From the NCBI GenBank assembly GCA_046498225.1, contig JAWOBF010000025.1, positions 1 through 25,323 on the forward strand: a DNA stretch of 25,323 bases, given 5' to 3'. Below the pieces are notes generated by a model, which saw only the letters and a list, made by a program, of their open reading frames with translations, did not search any database and was not told the DNA's origin. The stretch's first letter is position 1, and each line of letters starts with the position of its first letter. The stretch is from Candidatus Aegiribacteria sp. Its GTDB lineage: Bacteria; Fermentibacterota; Fermentibacteria; Fermentibacterales; JCC-6. The position numbers and the translations under genes are program-made. Shown here one piece after another: positions 7,572 through 16,498 of this stretch.

Positions 7572-9065
7572 TTACACACCGCCCGATCCGAGAAGCGCCC
7601 GTACGGCCGGCGTCAGGAATCCGTCCCTCACCTGCGGCAGCAGGAGCAGTCCACCGAATATACAGACCAGTGCGAGCACCACGAGTGAGATGCGCATGAA
7701 CGCCGGTACCTCCTTGACGTTGATGTACTTCTCCTTGAGCTCTCCCAGGAATGCGAATCTTGTGACCTTGAGCACGTACGCGATGGTGACGATGCTCATG
7801 AGGACAGCCCAGGCGGCCAGCTTCATGTGATTGGCCTGAACGGCCGCTATTATGATTATGAGCTTGCTCCAGAAGCCGGCGAACGGCGGTATCCCCGCCA
7901 GGGACATGGCCCCCGCCAGGGTTGACCCGCTGGTGACCGGCATTCTCTTCGACAGTCCGCCCATTTCCTTCATGTCCCGTGTTCCCGTAGCGTACTCCAC
8001 GGCGCCGGAATCAAGGAACAGCAGGGATTTGAACATGGAATGATTGAACAGATGGAAGAGGGCGCCGAGGACTCCCAGAGGGGTCCCGATGCCCAGACCG
8101 AGCATGATGTATCCCACCTGGCTTATGGAACTGTAGGCCAGCAGCCTCTTCATGTCCCACTGCCTCATGGCAACCAGGCCTCCCACACCCATTGATATGG
8201 CCGCAAGGACCAGCAGGATGACCGATACCTGGTGGGGAAAACCGAACACGGTAAAGAACACCCTGGCTATGGCGTACACGCCCAGCGCCTTGATGAGAAC
8301 TCCTGAAAGCATGGCCGATATCGGCGCAGGGGCGGAAGGGTGGGCATCGGGCAGCCAGGCGTGAAATGGCACCATGGCCGCCTTGAGGCCGAACCCCGTG
8401 AGCAGCAGGCCGAACACCAGGTAGATGAGGGCCGGCTGTTCCGAACCCGCAAGGGCAACCCTCATATCACCCATGTTCAGCGTACCGGTGGCGCTGTAGA
8501 GGAAAATAACGCCCAGAAGTATTATGAGGGAGGCGACCCCGCCCATGACGGCGTACTTGAAGGAGGCCTCCAGCTCCCGCTTCTCCGTGCCGAATGCCAC
8601 CAGGGCGTAACTCGCTATGGAAGCTATCTCGATGAAGACGAACATGTTGAACATATCACCGGTTATCAGCACACCGTTCATGCCAGCCAGCATCAGCAGG
8701 AACAGGGTATGGAACTGCCATTTTTCAGTGTACCTCTTCATGTAGCTCACCGAGTAGACCGCCACCAGGAAAGCCACGAAGTTCACTATGAGGAGCATGA
8801 ATATGGTCAGACCGTCCAGCACCAGCTGGATGCCCACTATCCTGCCCATCACCTCCTGGAAGCCGCCCCAGTTCCCCACGTTCACTATGAAGGTCTGCCC
8901 CGCCTGCATCCTCAGGATGAAGAATATGGAGAGGGCGAAGGTGAACAGCGATGTCATGACACCCAGGGTGTCGGGGATGCCCTTTACCCTCTTGAGAAGA
9001 GCGGTGAGGAAAGCGCCGGCCAGTGGGATCGCTGCAAAAAGCGGTATCATGCTTTCACTAATCAT
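7572..9065 (-). CDS. mnhD: Mrp antiporter subunit D (MnhD/MbhH-like proton-translocating subunit)
   Basis: 497 aa polytopic protein: GDMFNMFVFIEIAS (TM5 Glu), LKAAMVPFHAWLPDAH (TM7 Lys), GVLIK, KRLLAYSSISQVGY and GFWSK. Confidence 0.92.
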   Translation of the reverse strand: MISESMIPLFAAIPLAGAFLTALLKRVKGIPDTLGVMTSLFTFALSIFFILRMQAGQTFIVNVGNWGGFQEVMGRIVGIQLVLDGLTIFMLLIVNFVAFLVAVYSVSYMKRYTEKWQFHTLFLLMLAGMNGVLITGDMFNMFVFIEIASIASYALVAFGTEKRELEASFKYAVMGGVASLIILLGVIFLYSATGTLNMGDMRVALAGSEQPALIYLVFGLLLTGFGLKAAMVPFHAWLPDAHPSAPAPISAMLSGVLIKALGVYAIARVFFTVFGFPHQVSVILLVLAAISMGVGGLVAMRQWDMKRLLAYSSISQVGYIMLGLGIGTPLGVLGALFHLFNHSMFKSLLFLDSGAVEYATGTRDMKEMGGLSKRMPVTSGSTLAGAMSLAGIPPFAGFWSKLIIIIAAVQANHMKLAAWAVLMSIVTIAYVLKVTRFAFLGELKEKYINVKEVPAFMRISLVVLALVCIFGGLLLLPQVRDGFLTPAVRALLGSGGV

Positions 9066-9415
9066 CCTCTTAACTCCCGCATCCTGGTTATGTCGAAGGT
9101 TCCGTACTTACCGTAGAGCCTTATGGCAAGGGCTATCAGAAAAGCCGTAGTGGCAAGTCCGATGACTATCGAGGTGAGCACCAGCGCGTGGGGCAGCGGG
9201 TCCACCATTGATCCCGGCGCAATCTCCTGCGTGGAGGAGAAGATCGCCGCCCTTCCCCCGGCCTTGTAGGCCACGAGTATAAGGAACAGGTTCACGGCGT
9301 ACTCGGCTATGACCACTCCCAGTATTATCTTGATGATGTTCCTCTTGGAGAGAACTGCGTAGATACCTATGCAGAAGAGTATCAGGCACAGTATGTAGGG
9401 CATGTACGCGTTCAT
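9062..9415 (-). CDS. mnhC: Mrp antiporter subunit C (MnhC/MbhG/NuoK-like)
   Basis: KRNIIKIILG and MVDPLPHALVLTSIVIG motifs. Confidence 0.94.
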   Translation of the reverse strand: MNAYMPYILCLILFCIGIYAVLSKRNIIKIILGVVIAEYAVNLFLILVAYKAGGRAAIFSSTQEIAPGSMVDPLPHALVLTSIVIGLATTAFLIALAIRLYGKYGTFDITRMRELRG

Positions 9416-9870
9416 TGCTTCTTCTCCGATTCAAATTTCTGAAGCACTATGAGAGTGAGGAATATTCCGAACAGTCCTGCTCCCACCTTGAGGCTTATTG
9501 CGATGTTCTCCAGGGGTATGAAACCTGCGCTTACCAGCTGTCCCGGTTCTCCGGTGGAATGGAGGAAGTTTACGAAGAACCCTCCGTAACTGAGTCCTAT
9601 GAGAGCCAGCGCCAGGAACATAACCGCTCCCAGGGCTTCCACCATGCTGGTGCCTCCCTTGGAGAATATCCTGGAGGAGACGGTTCCTCCGAAGGCCAGG
9701 TCGAGGTTGATGAAGGAGAGGGCTATTATCACTCCGCCGGCGAATCCTCCACCGGGTGTCAGGTGGCCGTGCAGGATGATGTAGATACCGTAGAGGAATA
9801 TCAGTCCCACGGTGAGCCTGGTCACCGTCTTTACAATGATGGACATGCCCTGTTCGTGTTCTTTACTCAT
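9412..9870 (-). CDS. mnhB: Mrp antiporter subunit B (MnhB/MbhF-like)
   Basis: HGHLTPGGGFAGG signature. Confidence 0.94.
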   Translation of the reverse strand: MSKEHEQGMSIIVKTVTRLTVGLIFLYGIYIILHGHLTPGGGFAGGVIIALSFINLDLAFGGTVSSRIFSKGGTSMVEALGAVMFLALALIGLSYGGFFVNFLHSTGEPGQLVSAGFIPLENIAISLKVGAGLFGIFLTLIVLQKFESEKKQ

Positions 9871-10411
9871 TGTTACCCTGCAAATCTTCCTCTTTTTTCT
9901 TTCCTTTGCTTCTCATTACGGTCAGAACTCCCACCACGGCGGTGAAAAGAACAGTAGCCTCTCCCAGCGTATCGTAGGCCCTGTAGTCAAGTATCACCGA
10001 GGAGACCACGTTCGTAGCCCCGGTTGTGGTCACCGCGTTGGCGGGATAGAAGCTGGACACCGTCATCAGGGGCTGTCCGAAGGCATTCAGTCCCCCCGGG
10101 AACGTAAGAACTCCCGCCAGGACGGCCAGCCCCAGGAAGAGTACCGCCATCAGTCCGCCGAAGGGCCTGCTGCCGCACGGCTTCATGGCGATATCCCGGT
10201 GTAGGGTGGCCCTGATGAGGAGTATGACGGCCGCTATTTCCACCACTATCTGGGTAAGGGCTACGTCCGGGGCCTTGAGCAGGAGGAAGATGATGGAAAG
10301 ACCGAGTCCCACGATACCCACGGCCACAACGGCTGACAGAAGGTTCTTCACCTCTATCGCTATTATCGCTCCAGCGATCATCAGACCCAGCAGAACGTAT
10401 AATTCTATCAT
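9863..10411 (-). CDS. MrpA C-terminal part (DUF4040 plus MbhD/MbhE-like) as a separate protein
   Basis: LKAPDVALTQIVVE and NVVSSVILDYRAYDTLGEATVL, the MrpA C-terminal/MbhD-E motifs. Confidence 0.88.
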   Translation of the reverse strand: MIELYVLLGLMIAGAIIAIEVKNLLSAVVAVGIVGLGLSIIFLLLKAPDVALTQIVVEIAAVILLIRATLHRDIAMKPCGSRPFGGLMAVLFLGLAVLAGVLTFPGGLNAFGQPLMTVSSFYPANAVTTTGATNVVSSVILDYRAYDTLGEATVLFTAVVGVLTVMRSKGKKKEEDLQGNNE

Positions 10412-10424
10412 ATTCCTAACCCAA

Positions 10425-12119
10425 TCAGATCAGCACTATGCACAGGACCACCAGGCCTATGATGAACCACAGGAAATACCTGGAGAGTATGCCGTTGTGC
10501 ATGAACGAAAATATTATGCCGAAACCGGCTGCTGTCTTCTTAAGAACTTCGTAAAGGTCGAAGAACTTCTTCTCGGCCATCCGGTAGATGCCCCTGAGAA
10601 TGCCCATTTCCCTGATGGTCCTGTAGAAATCCACTCCGGAGACCCTCATGTCGGGATTGTCCTCGAGAGTCTCGCCGCCCACGAAGGGCTCCACCACCCT
10701 TGCCTTCTTCAGAGTGCCCGACAGGTAGATGAGGTAACCAATCACAAGTCCGGCGACAAGCACCAGCGTAGCAAGTCCCGACTCCCAGACACCGGGCATG
10801 TAGACCTCGCCGGAGACTTCCGGCCGGAAGTAATCGCTGAAGGGTATCTTCCAGGCCATAACGCCCAGTCCGATGCAGAGAAGCGAGAGTACGGCGAGGG
10901 GAAGCATCGTAGTGAAGCCTGTCCTCTCCTTCTTCTCGATGACCTTCTGCGACAGTTCAGAGGGCTGCCCCAGGAATACCGTGTGTATCAGCTTCATGAA
11001 GCTGGCCAGTGTGAGCGCGCTTCCCAGCATGGCCGCTATCAGCCAGATGACCCAGAGGTTCCCGGTGCCGGCGCCTATCACTCCCTGGTACAGCATCCAC
11101 TTGGAGGCGAAGCCGTTGAAGGGGGGCACCCCGGATATGGACAGCGAGGCGATGAGGAATGCGACGAATACCATGGGTACGGCCTTCACCAGGCCGCCGA
11201 GTTTGGAAAGATCGGCGGTTCCGGTCCTTCGTTCCACCTCTCCCCCGGCCAGGAACAGGCTCGACTTGTATATGGTGTTGTTGAACATGTGAAAGAGCGC
11301 GCCGGCTATGCCCACCGGATTCCCGGTGCCTATTCCAAGGACCATGTAGCCCACCTGGCTCACCGCGTGATAGCCCAGCAGCCTCTTCAGGTCGTGCTGT
11401 ACCAGCGCCATCATCACCGCCGCCATTATCGTTACGCTGCCCAGGGCCATGAGAACGGTGTTCATTGCCGGGGTCATCACGAACACGTTGAGTGTAACCC
11501 TTGCCAGGAAGTAGATACCCAGCAGTTTGTCCAGCGACGCCGGAAGGTAGGCGGTGACCGGAACCGGAGCGTCCCTCGCGGTATCCGGCAGCCAGGTATG
11601 GAAGGGCATCGCCCCGGCCTTGGCGAATGCGGCCGAGGCCAGGCAGAGGTAGGCTATCACCGACCCGGTTGTGTTCAGCTCTATAGACATTCCACCGAAG
11701 GGCAGCCTCATGAATCCGGCCAGGCCGGTGCCGCCGTACTCAATGCTCCAGACCAGAACGATTCCCAGGAGCATCAGGACATCGGTCCCTCCGATGATGG
11801 CCAGGGACTTTCTGGCGGATTCAGGTGTTCCCTCCCTGTTGCCGAAGCCTATCAGGAGGTAGAGCATGAGCCCCAGGAAGCCCCAGAGGACCAGGAGCAG
11901 CAGGAAAGTCGTGGTGAACAGTATTCCCAGAGTGGCCAGGAAAGTGGCCAGCAGGTAGATGTAGTAGCGCCACAGACCGCTGCGGCCCTTCATGTGCCTG
12001 ATGGAGTAGATGATGGTGAACACGAAGAACATGGCCGCGAAAACAGCGCAGAGAAGGGAGAGAGGAGTGCTGGCGAAGTAGCCGTCCGGGTTCTTCAGGG
12101 CATCGATCAGGTAACTCAT
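10425..12119 (-). CDS. NuoL/MrpA-N/HyfB-like antiporter-type membrane subunit with C-terminal lateral-helix (MbhI-like) region
   Basis: 564 aa: KAGAMPFHTWLPD, DLKRLLGYHAVSQVGY, GVPPFNGFASKW, C-terminal PFVGGE...HNGILSRY. Confidence 0.88.
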   Translation of the reverse strand: MSYLIDALKNPDGYFASTPLSLLCAVFAAMFFVFTIIYSIRHMKGRSGLWRYYIYLLATFLATLGILFTTTFLLLLVLWGFLGLMLYLLIGFGNREGTPESARKSLAIIGGTDVLMLLGIVLVWSIEYGGTGLAGFMRLPFGGMSIELNTTGSVIAYLCLASAAFAKAGAMPFHTWLPDTARDAPVPVTAYLPASLDKLLGIYFLARVTLNVFVMTPAMNTVLMALGSVTIMAAVMMALVQHDLKRLLGYHAVSQVGYMVLGIGTGNPVGIAGALFHMFNNTIYKSSLFLAGGEVERRTGTADLSKLGGLVKAVPMVFVAFLIASLSISGVPPFNGFASKWMLYQGVIGAGTGNLWVIWLIAAMLGSALTLASFMKLIHTVFLGQPSELSQKVIEKKERTGFTTMLPLAVLSLLCIGLGVMAWKIPFSDYFRPEVSGEVYMPGVWESGLATLVLVAGLVIGYLIYLSGTLKKARVVEPFVGGETLEDNPDMRVSGVDFYRTIREMGILRGIYRMAEKKFFDLYEVLKKTAAGFGIIFSFMHNGILSRYFLWFIIGLVVLCIVLI

Positions 12120-13300
12120 CTGACCCCCATCCTCCGTTTCATCTTCTCCGTCTTCTCACGGCTGAGCTGAATAAGGTCCTTCCCGTTGTAGAGAAGCCTT
12201 CCCCGGTCATCCTTCACCGCTATTCTCTCGGTGCAGCAGTAGCAGGGGTCGATGGCGGCAAGGATTATTGTGGCGTCGGATATCGTCTGCCCCTTAACCG
12301 TTGCCTTGTAGGTGGGAAGGTTCATGAAAGTGGGAGCCCGGACCTTGTGCCTGATGGGCCTGTTGGTGCCGTCGCTCTTCACGTAATGAAAAGTCTCCCC
12401 CCTGGGGGCCTCAATGTGGCCTATGCCCTCGCCTGGAGGAACGTCCTTGATGTCCGCGTCTATCTCGCCGTCGGGAAGGTTGTTCAGACAGTATTTCATT
12501 ATCTTCGCCGATTCGAACAGCTCGAGTATGCGGACAACGGCCTTGTCGAATACGTCACCGTTCTGAGTTACTATCATGTCCCATTCCATCTCCTGGTAAG
12601 CTCCGTACGGGGAGTCCTTACGCACGTCCCGGGCTACTCCGGAGGCTCTGGAGGTGGGGCCCAGTGCGCTGAAATCGATGGCCTCCTGGTAGGACATTAC
12701 CCCCACGCCCTTGAGCCTGGCGTGAAGGACCGGGTCATCCAGCACGGCCTTCTTGAGCATGTCCAGGGTGGGGAGTATGGAATCTATCTTCTTGAGGCAT
12801 ATGGGAATGTCCTCAGCCTTGATGTCCCTTCTCACTCCTCCGGGCTTGAACATGGCGTAGTTGTTCCTGTTCCCGGAGAGGATCTCCATCACGTCCAGTA
12901 TCTCCTCACGGAGTTTCCACGCCCACATGTAGACCGTATTGTAGCCCAGGAAATGACCTGCGAGACCAAGCCACAGAAGGTGTGAATGGATCCTCTCGCC
13001 CTCGGCGGTTATTGTCCTGATGTACTTCGCCCGCATGGGCACTTCCATGGGGAATACGTCCTCAACCGCCCTGGTGAAGGCGAAGGGGTGGCTGGTGGAG
13101 CATATTCCGCATATTCTCTCGATGATGAACGTGCTGTTCTCGAAGGTCTTCATCTCGGAAAGCTTCTCTATGCCCCTGTGGTTGTAGCCTATCCTCACGT
13201 CGATATCGACCACCGTCTCGCCCTCGACGGTCAGGGTGAAGAACTCCGGCTCCTCCTGCAGAGGATGGTATGGACCTATTGGTATTATCGTCTTGCCCAT
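12116..13300 (-). CDS. Group 4 membrane-bound [NiFe]-hydrogenase large subunit (MbhL/HycE/EchE-like)
   Basis: PIGPYHP.QEEP, GYNHRGIEK, L1 ERICGICSTSH, EAPRGE, L2 DPCYCCTER and a 35-aa C-terminal extension. Start reassigned to ATG 13300 (TGATG overlap with the upstream gene). Confidence 0.95.
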   Translation of the reverse strand: MGKTIIPIGPYHPLQEEPEFFTLTVEGETVVDIDVRIGYNHRGIEKLSEMKTFENSTFIIERICGICSTSHPFAFTRAVEDVFPMEVPMRAKYIRTITAEGERIHSHLLWLGLAGHFLGYNTVYMWAWKLREEILDVMEILSGNRNNYAMFKPGGVRRDIKAEDIPICLKKIDSILPTLDMLKKAVLDDPVLHARLKGVGVMSYQEAIDFSALGPTSRASGVARDVRKDSPYGAYQEMEWDMIVTQNGDVFDKAVVRILELFESAKIMKYCLNNLPDGEIDADIKDVPPGEGIGHIEAPRGETFHYVKSDGTNRPIRHKVRAPTFMNLPTYKATVKGQTISDATIILAAIDPCYCCTERIAVKDDRGRLLYNGKDLIQLSREKTEKMKRRMGVR

Positions 13301-13773
13301 CACACCCCCCTCGTCCTGTCGGCGGTCTCGTCCCACTCTTCGTAGTCCTGTCTCAGGGGGTAGACTCCCTCCGGCCAGTTATCGGCCAGCAGCAGCCTTC
13401 TGGGGTCGGGATGGCCGGTGAAAGTGACACCGAGCAGCTCGCTCATCTCCCTCTCTATCCAGTTCAGCGCTTCGATGTCCCCCGCGAGGGAATCGATGAC
13501 CGGGTTCTCCCTGTCCAGGTGGACCCTTAGGGAAACAAGAAGGTTTATGTCCTCCACTATGAAGTGGTAGAGTATCTCGATATTCGGAGGCATGTCGGTG
13601 CCGGAGGCTATGTTGAACCTGGCCCCCACGTTCCGGAACAGGTAGGTTCCGACCCTCACGATGGATTCGGGAGTGATGGTCACGTAGACCCTCGTGCTGG
13701 ACTTGTCCTGCAGGTCCAGAATATCCTCGTGAAAACGGCTTGTGAAATCCAGAAGCACTTCTTCTCTCGTCAT
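13300..13773 (-). CDS. NuoC/MbhK-like subunit
   Basis: WIEREMSELLGVTFTGHPDPRRLLL...YPLRQD, the complex I 30-kDa family signature. Confidence 0.93.
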   Translation of the reverse strand: MTREEVLLDFTSRFHEDILDLQDKSSTRVYVTITPESIVRVGTYLFRNVGARFNIASGTDMPPNIEILYHFIVEDINLLVSLRVHLDRENPVIDSLAGDIEALNWIEREMSELLGVTFTGHPDPRRLLLADNWPEGVYPLRQDYEEWDETADRTRGV

Positions 13774-14195
13774 TTATCGCCGCCAACTTTCTCGATCAGT
13801 TTCACCGCACCCGCTATTATGGCCTCCGGTTTGGGAGGACATCCGGGGATGTACACGTCTACGGGTATTATGTGGTCGAGGGGTACGGGGCAGTTGTAAC
13901 TGTCCTTGAATATTCCCCTGGAGCCTGCGCAGGTACCTATCGCCACCACGAGACAGGGCTTGGGCACCTGTTCCCACAGGGCTTTCATTCTCTCTACGGA
14001 CATTCTGTTGCAGGAACCGGTGACGAGGAGCACGTCAGCGTGCTTTATGCTTCCCGCCAGCAGCATTCCGAACCTCTCGATGTCGAACCTGGGGGTAAGA
14101 CAGTCCAGGGTTTCGATATCGCAGTTATTGCAGCTGCCGGTCGACAGATGAAAGACCCAGGGTGATTTCAGGAGCGCTTTCAGTTTCAGGCTCAT
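13770..14195 (-). CDS. Group 4 hydrogenase small subunit (NuoB/MbhJ/HycG-like)
   Basis: GSCNNCDIE, HADVLLVTG, IGTCA and YIPGCPPKP give four Cys for one [4Fe-4S]. Start reassigned to MSLKLKALLKSPW (ATG 14195). Confidence 0.95.
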   Translation of the reverse strand: MSLKLKALLKSPWVFHLSTGSCNNCDIETLDCLTPRFDIERFGMLLAGSIKHADVLLVTGSCNRMSVERMKALWEQVPKPCLVVAIGTCAGSRGIFKDSYNCPVPLDHIIPVDVYIPGCPPKPEAIIAGAVKLIEKVGGDK

Positions 14196-14221
14196 GACGG
14201 TTGCAGCCTTACCCTTTCTAT

Positions 14222-15133
14222 CTATAAACCGTTCAGTGCCAGCACAACGGCAACGATGGCTAGTATTGTCATCGGCCCCCAGAAAAATCTTACCGCCTGG
14301 TCTATCCGCACTCTGGGGTTCGTGTTGCGGATGACCGTTATGACGGCAACTATTCCCACGTACTCCAGTATCGTCCACAGGATGTTGATCCCGCTGAAAC
14401 GCAGGCCTCCGAAGAAAAGGATGATGAGGAAGAACGGGAGTATGAAGAGAAGCATGTTCTTCATAAGCTTGAATATGGCCAGCCCCGGCCCTGAGTACTC
14501 CACCAGGGGACCCTCCACTATCTCGGTCTCGGCCTCGGGAATGTCGAACGGAACCAGCGCCAGTTTCGCCTGGACGCAGAGTATGGCTACCACAAGAGCG
14601 ATAATGCCCGATGCGTGACCGGCGACAATGCCTCCGGACTGGCTTTCGATGATACCGCTGAGACTAAGCTGACCCGCCCATATCACCGGGACCAGGGCCG
14701 CCAGTATGAAGGGCAGCTCGTAGGCTATCACCAGCTTCATCTCCCTGGAGGCGCCTATACTGGCCAGGGGGTTATGTGATGCGAAACCACCCAGGATGAT
14801 GCTCATGGAAGGGACGGTCAGAAGGTAGATGGCCACGATCCAGTCGCCCATGAAGCCGCCTTCGAAGAACTGGTTCACCCAGAACAGCGTGGACGCGGCG
14901 ATGACTCCCGAAAGCCCGATGACCGGAGCCAGCAGAAAGGTTGTCCTGGACGCGCCGGCCGGTATCAGGGTTTCCTTTCCCAGCAGCTTCACGATATCGA
15001 AAAAAGGCTGAAAGAAGGGTGGTCCCACCCTGTACTGGACCCGCGCGGTGACCTTCCTGTCGATCCAGCTGGTTACCAGCCCCAGTACCGCGGTGGCGGC
15101 GAATCCGAAGACCAGCAGATAGACGAAAGTCAT
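14222..15133 (-). CDS. NuoH/HycD/MbhM-like membrane anchor subunit
   Basis: DRKVTARVQYRVGPP, DIVKLLGKE, GASRE and PFDIPEAETEIVEGPLVEYSG motifs. Confidence 0.95.
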   Translation of the reverse strand: MTFVYLLVFGFAATAVLGLVTSWIDRKVTARVQYRVGPPFFQPFFDIVKLLGKETLIPAGASRTTFLLAPVIGLSGVIAASTLFWVNQFFEGGFMGDWIVAIYLLTVPSMSIILGGFASHNPLASIGASREMKLVIAYELPFILAALVPVIWAGQLSLSGIIESQSGGIVAGHASGIIALVVAILCVQAKLALVPFDIPEAETEIVEGPLVEYSGPGLAIFKLMKNMLLFILPFFLIILFFGGLRFSGINILWTILEYVGIVAVITVIRNTNPRVRIDQAVRFFWGPMTILAIVAVVLALNGL

Positions 15134-15672
15134 GCCTCGCTCCTGTCCCAGTGGGTTGAATGAACTACCAGACGGCTGCCCAGATGAAAGATGTCCTCAC
15201 CCTCCATGTCGGAGTCCACCACCGCCAGGGCTCCGTAGGGACAGGTCGGAACGCAGGTGTAATCGCCCCTGCCCTGGCAGTAATCGCAGATAAAGCCCAT
15301 TCTGGGCAGTATCATGGGGTATATGGTGCCGTAGGGGCAGGCGTGAGAACAGGATTTGCAGCTGACGCACCTGACCGTGTGCCTGACCAGGGTTCCGTCC
15401 TCCTGCTTCTCAAGGGCGTCCTTCGGGCAGGAGTTCACGCAGTGAGGTTCCTCGCACTGCCTGCATATGAGGGCGTAGGTGGCGAGCTCTATCAGGGAGA
15501 TGACGCCGTTGTTGTACGGATGATAGAAGTAGCTGCACTTTATGACGCACTCGTCACAGGTTTCCGAGTTGCAGATGTCCAGATCTATGAAGAGCTTCCT
15601 GCCGCTTTCCATCTTCTCCACGGCGTCCATCCTGCCGTGCAGCTGATCGAAGGTGGTCTTGTTCATCTCCAT
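15130..15672 (-). CDS. HycB/CooF/DmsB-like 4x[4Fe-4S] electron-transfer protein
   Basis: 16 Cys in four groups: CNSETCDECVIKC, CRQC..CVNSCP, CVSCKSCSHACP and CDYC..CVPTCP. Confidence 0.88.
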   Translation of the reverse strand: MEMNKTTFDQLHGRMDAVEKMESGRKLFIDLDICNSETCDECVIKCSYFYHPYNNGVISLIELATYALICRQCEEPHCVNSCPKDALEKQEDGTLVRHTVRCVSCKSCSHACPYGTIYPMILPRMGFICDYCQGRGDYTCVPTCPYGALAVVDSDMEGEDIFHLGSRLVVHSTHWDRSEA

Positions 15673-15679
15673 GGCTGCC

Positions 15680-16498
15680 CTATTCCCAGATTCCGGGATA
15701 GTCCCGGATCATGTCGTATGTGAACACCGGTCCGTCCTTGCAGCAGTAGTAGGGACCGATCCTGCAGTGACCGCACTTGCCGAAGCCGCATGACATGTTC
15801 TTCTCCATGGAGAGGTAGATGTTCATGTCCTTCACTCCCAGCTCCTGCAGCTTGAAGGTCGCGAATTTCATCATTATGGGCGGTCCGCAGACGATTCCCC
15901 TGGCCCTTGAGAAATCCACATCCATGTCGTCCATGATGGTTGTCACGACTCCCACCGGGCCGTCCCAGGTATCGTCGCACTCGTCCACGGTGAGCTTCAT
16001 GTCCAGGTCGTCCCGGTCCATCCAGCTCTCCATCTCCCTGCGGTAGAGAAGCTCGCCGGGATTCCTGCACCCTCCCCGGTAGACCAGTTGCGATATCTGG
16101 TCCCGCATATGGAACAGGCCGTACATCAGGGTCCTTATGGGAGCCAGGCCGACTCCTCCCCCCACCACTATGACGTCCTGACCTATGAATTTGGTGAGCG
16201 GGTAGCCCTTTCCCAGGGGTCCCCGAAGGCCCACCGTGTCCCCGGGCTTCAGTTCGTGAATGGCGTCGGTGACCTTTCCCACCCTTACGATGGTTATCTC
16301 CATGGTGTCCGTTATCTGTGAATCGGAGGATGGTGTGAACGGAGCCTCCCCCACACCGGGCACCGAGAATTCCATGAACTGTCCGGGTTTGAAAGTGAGC
16401 TTCTCCCTGGGTTTCAGCAGGAAGGTCTTGATGGTTGGAGTTTCCGTTGTTACCTTGAGGACCTCTGTCTCGATGGATCGGTAGGGATTATTCATCAT
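15680..16498 (-). CDS. FAD/NAD(P)-binding [2Fe-2S] oxidoreductase (AsrB / sulfhydrogenase gamma / FlxA / PyrK family)
   Basis: FKPGQF, GEAPFT, RGPLGKGY, GGGVGLAP, CGPPIMM and MSCGFGKCGHC...CKDGPVF. Confidence 0.92.
   Translation of the reverse strand: MMNNPYRSIETEVLKVTTETPTIKTFLLKPREKLTFKPGQFMEFSVPGVGEAPFTPSSDSQITDTMEITIVRVGKVTDAIHELKPGDTVGLRGPLGKGYPLTKFIGQDVIVVGGGVGLAPIRTLMYGLFHMRDQISQLVYRGGCRNPGELLYRREMESWMDRDDLDMKLTVDECDDTWDGPVGVVTTIMDDMDVDFSRARGIVCGPPIMMKFATFKLQELGVKDMNIYLSMEKNMSCGFGKCGHCRIGPYYCCKDGPVFTYDMIRDYPGIWE

Noticed and set aside
10185..12170. 661-aa plus-strand ORF
   Set aside because: It is exactly in codon register antisense to the NuoL-like gene (offset 240 nt). It stays open because TTA/CTA/TCA codons are rare in this GC-rich gene, and it has no protein-like motifs.
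12116..13300. Complex I NuoD, Mbx/Mbs or [NiFeSe] large subunit
   Set aside because: Both CxxC metal motifs are intact, all ligands are Cys codons with no in-frame TGA, and hyp genes are adjacent.
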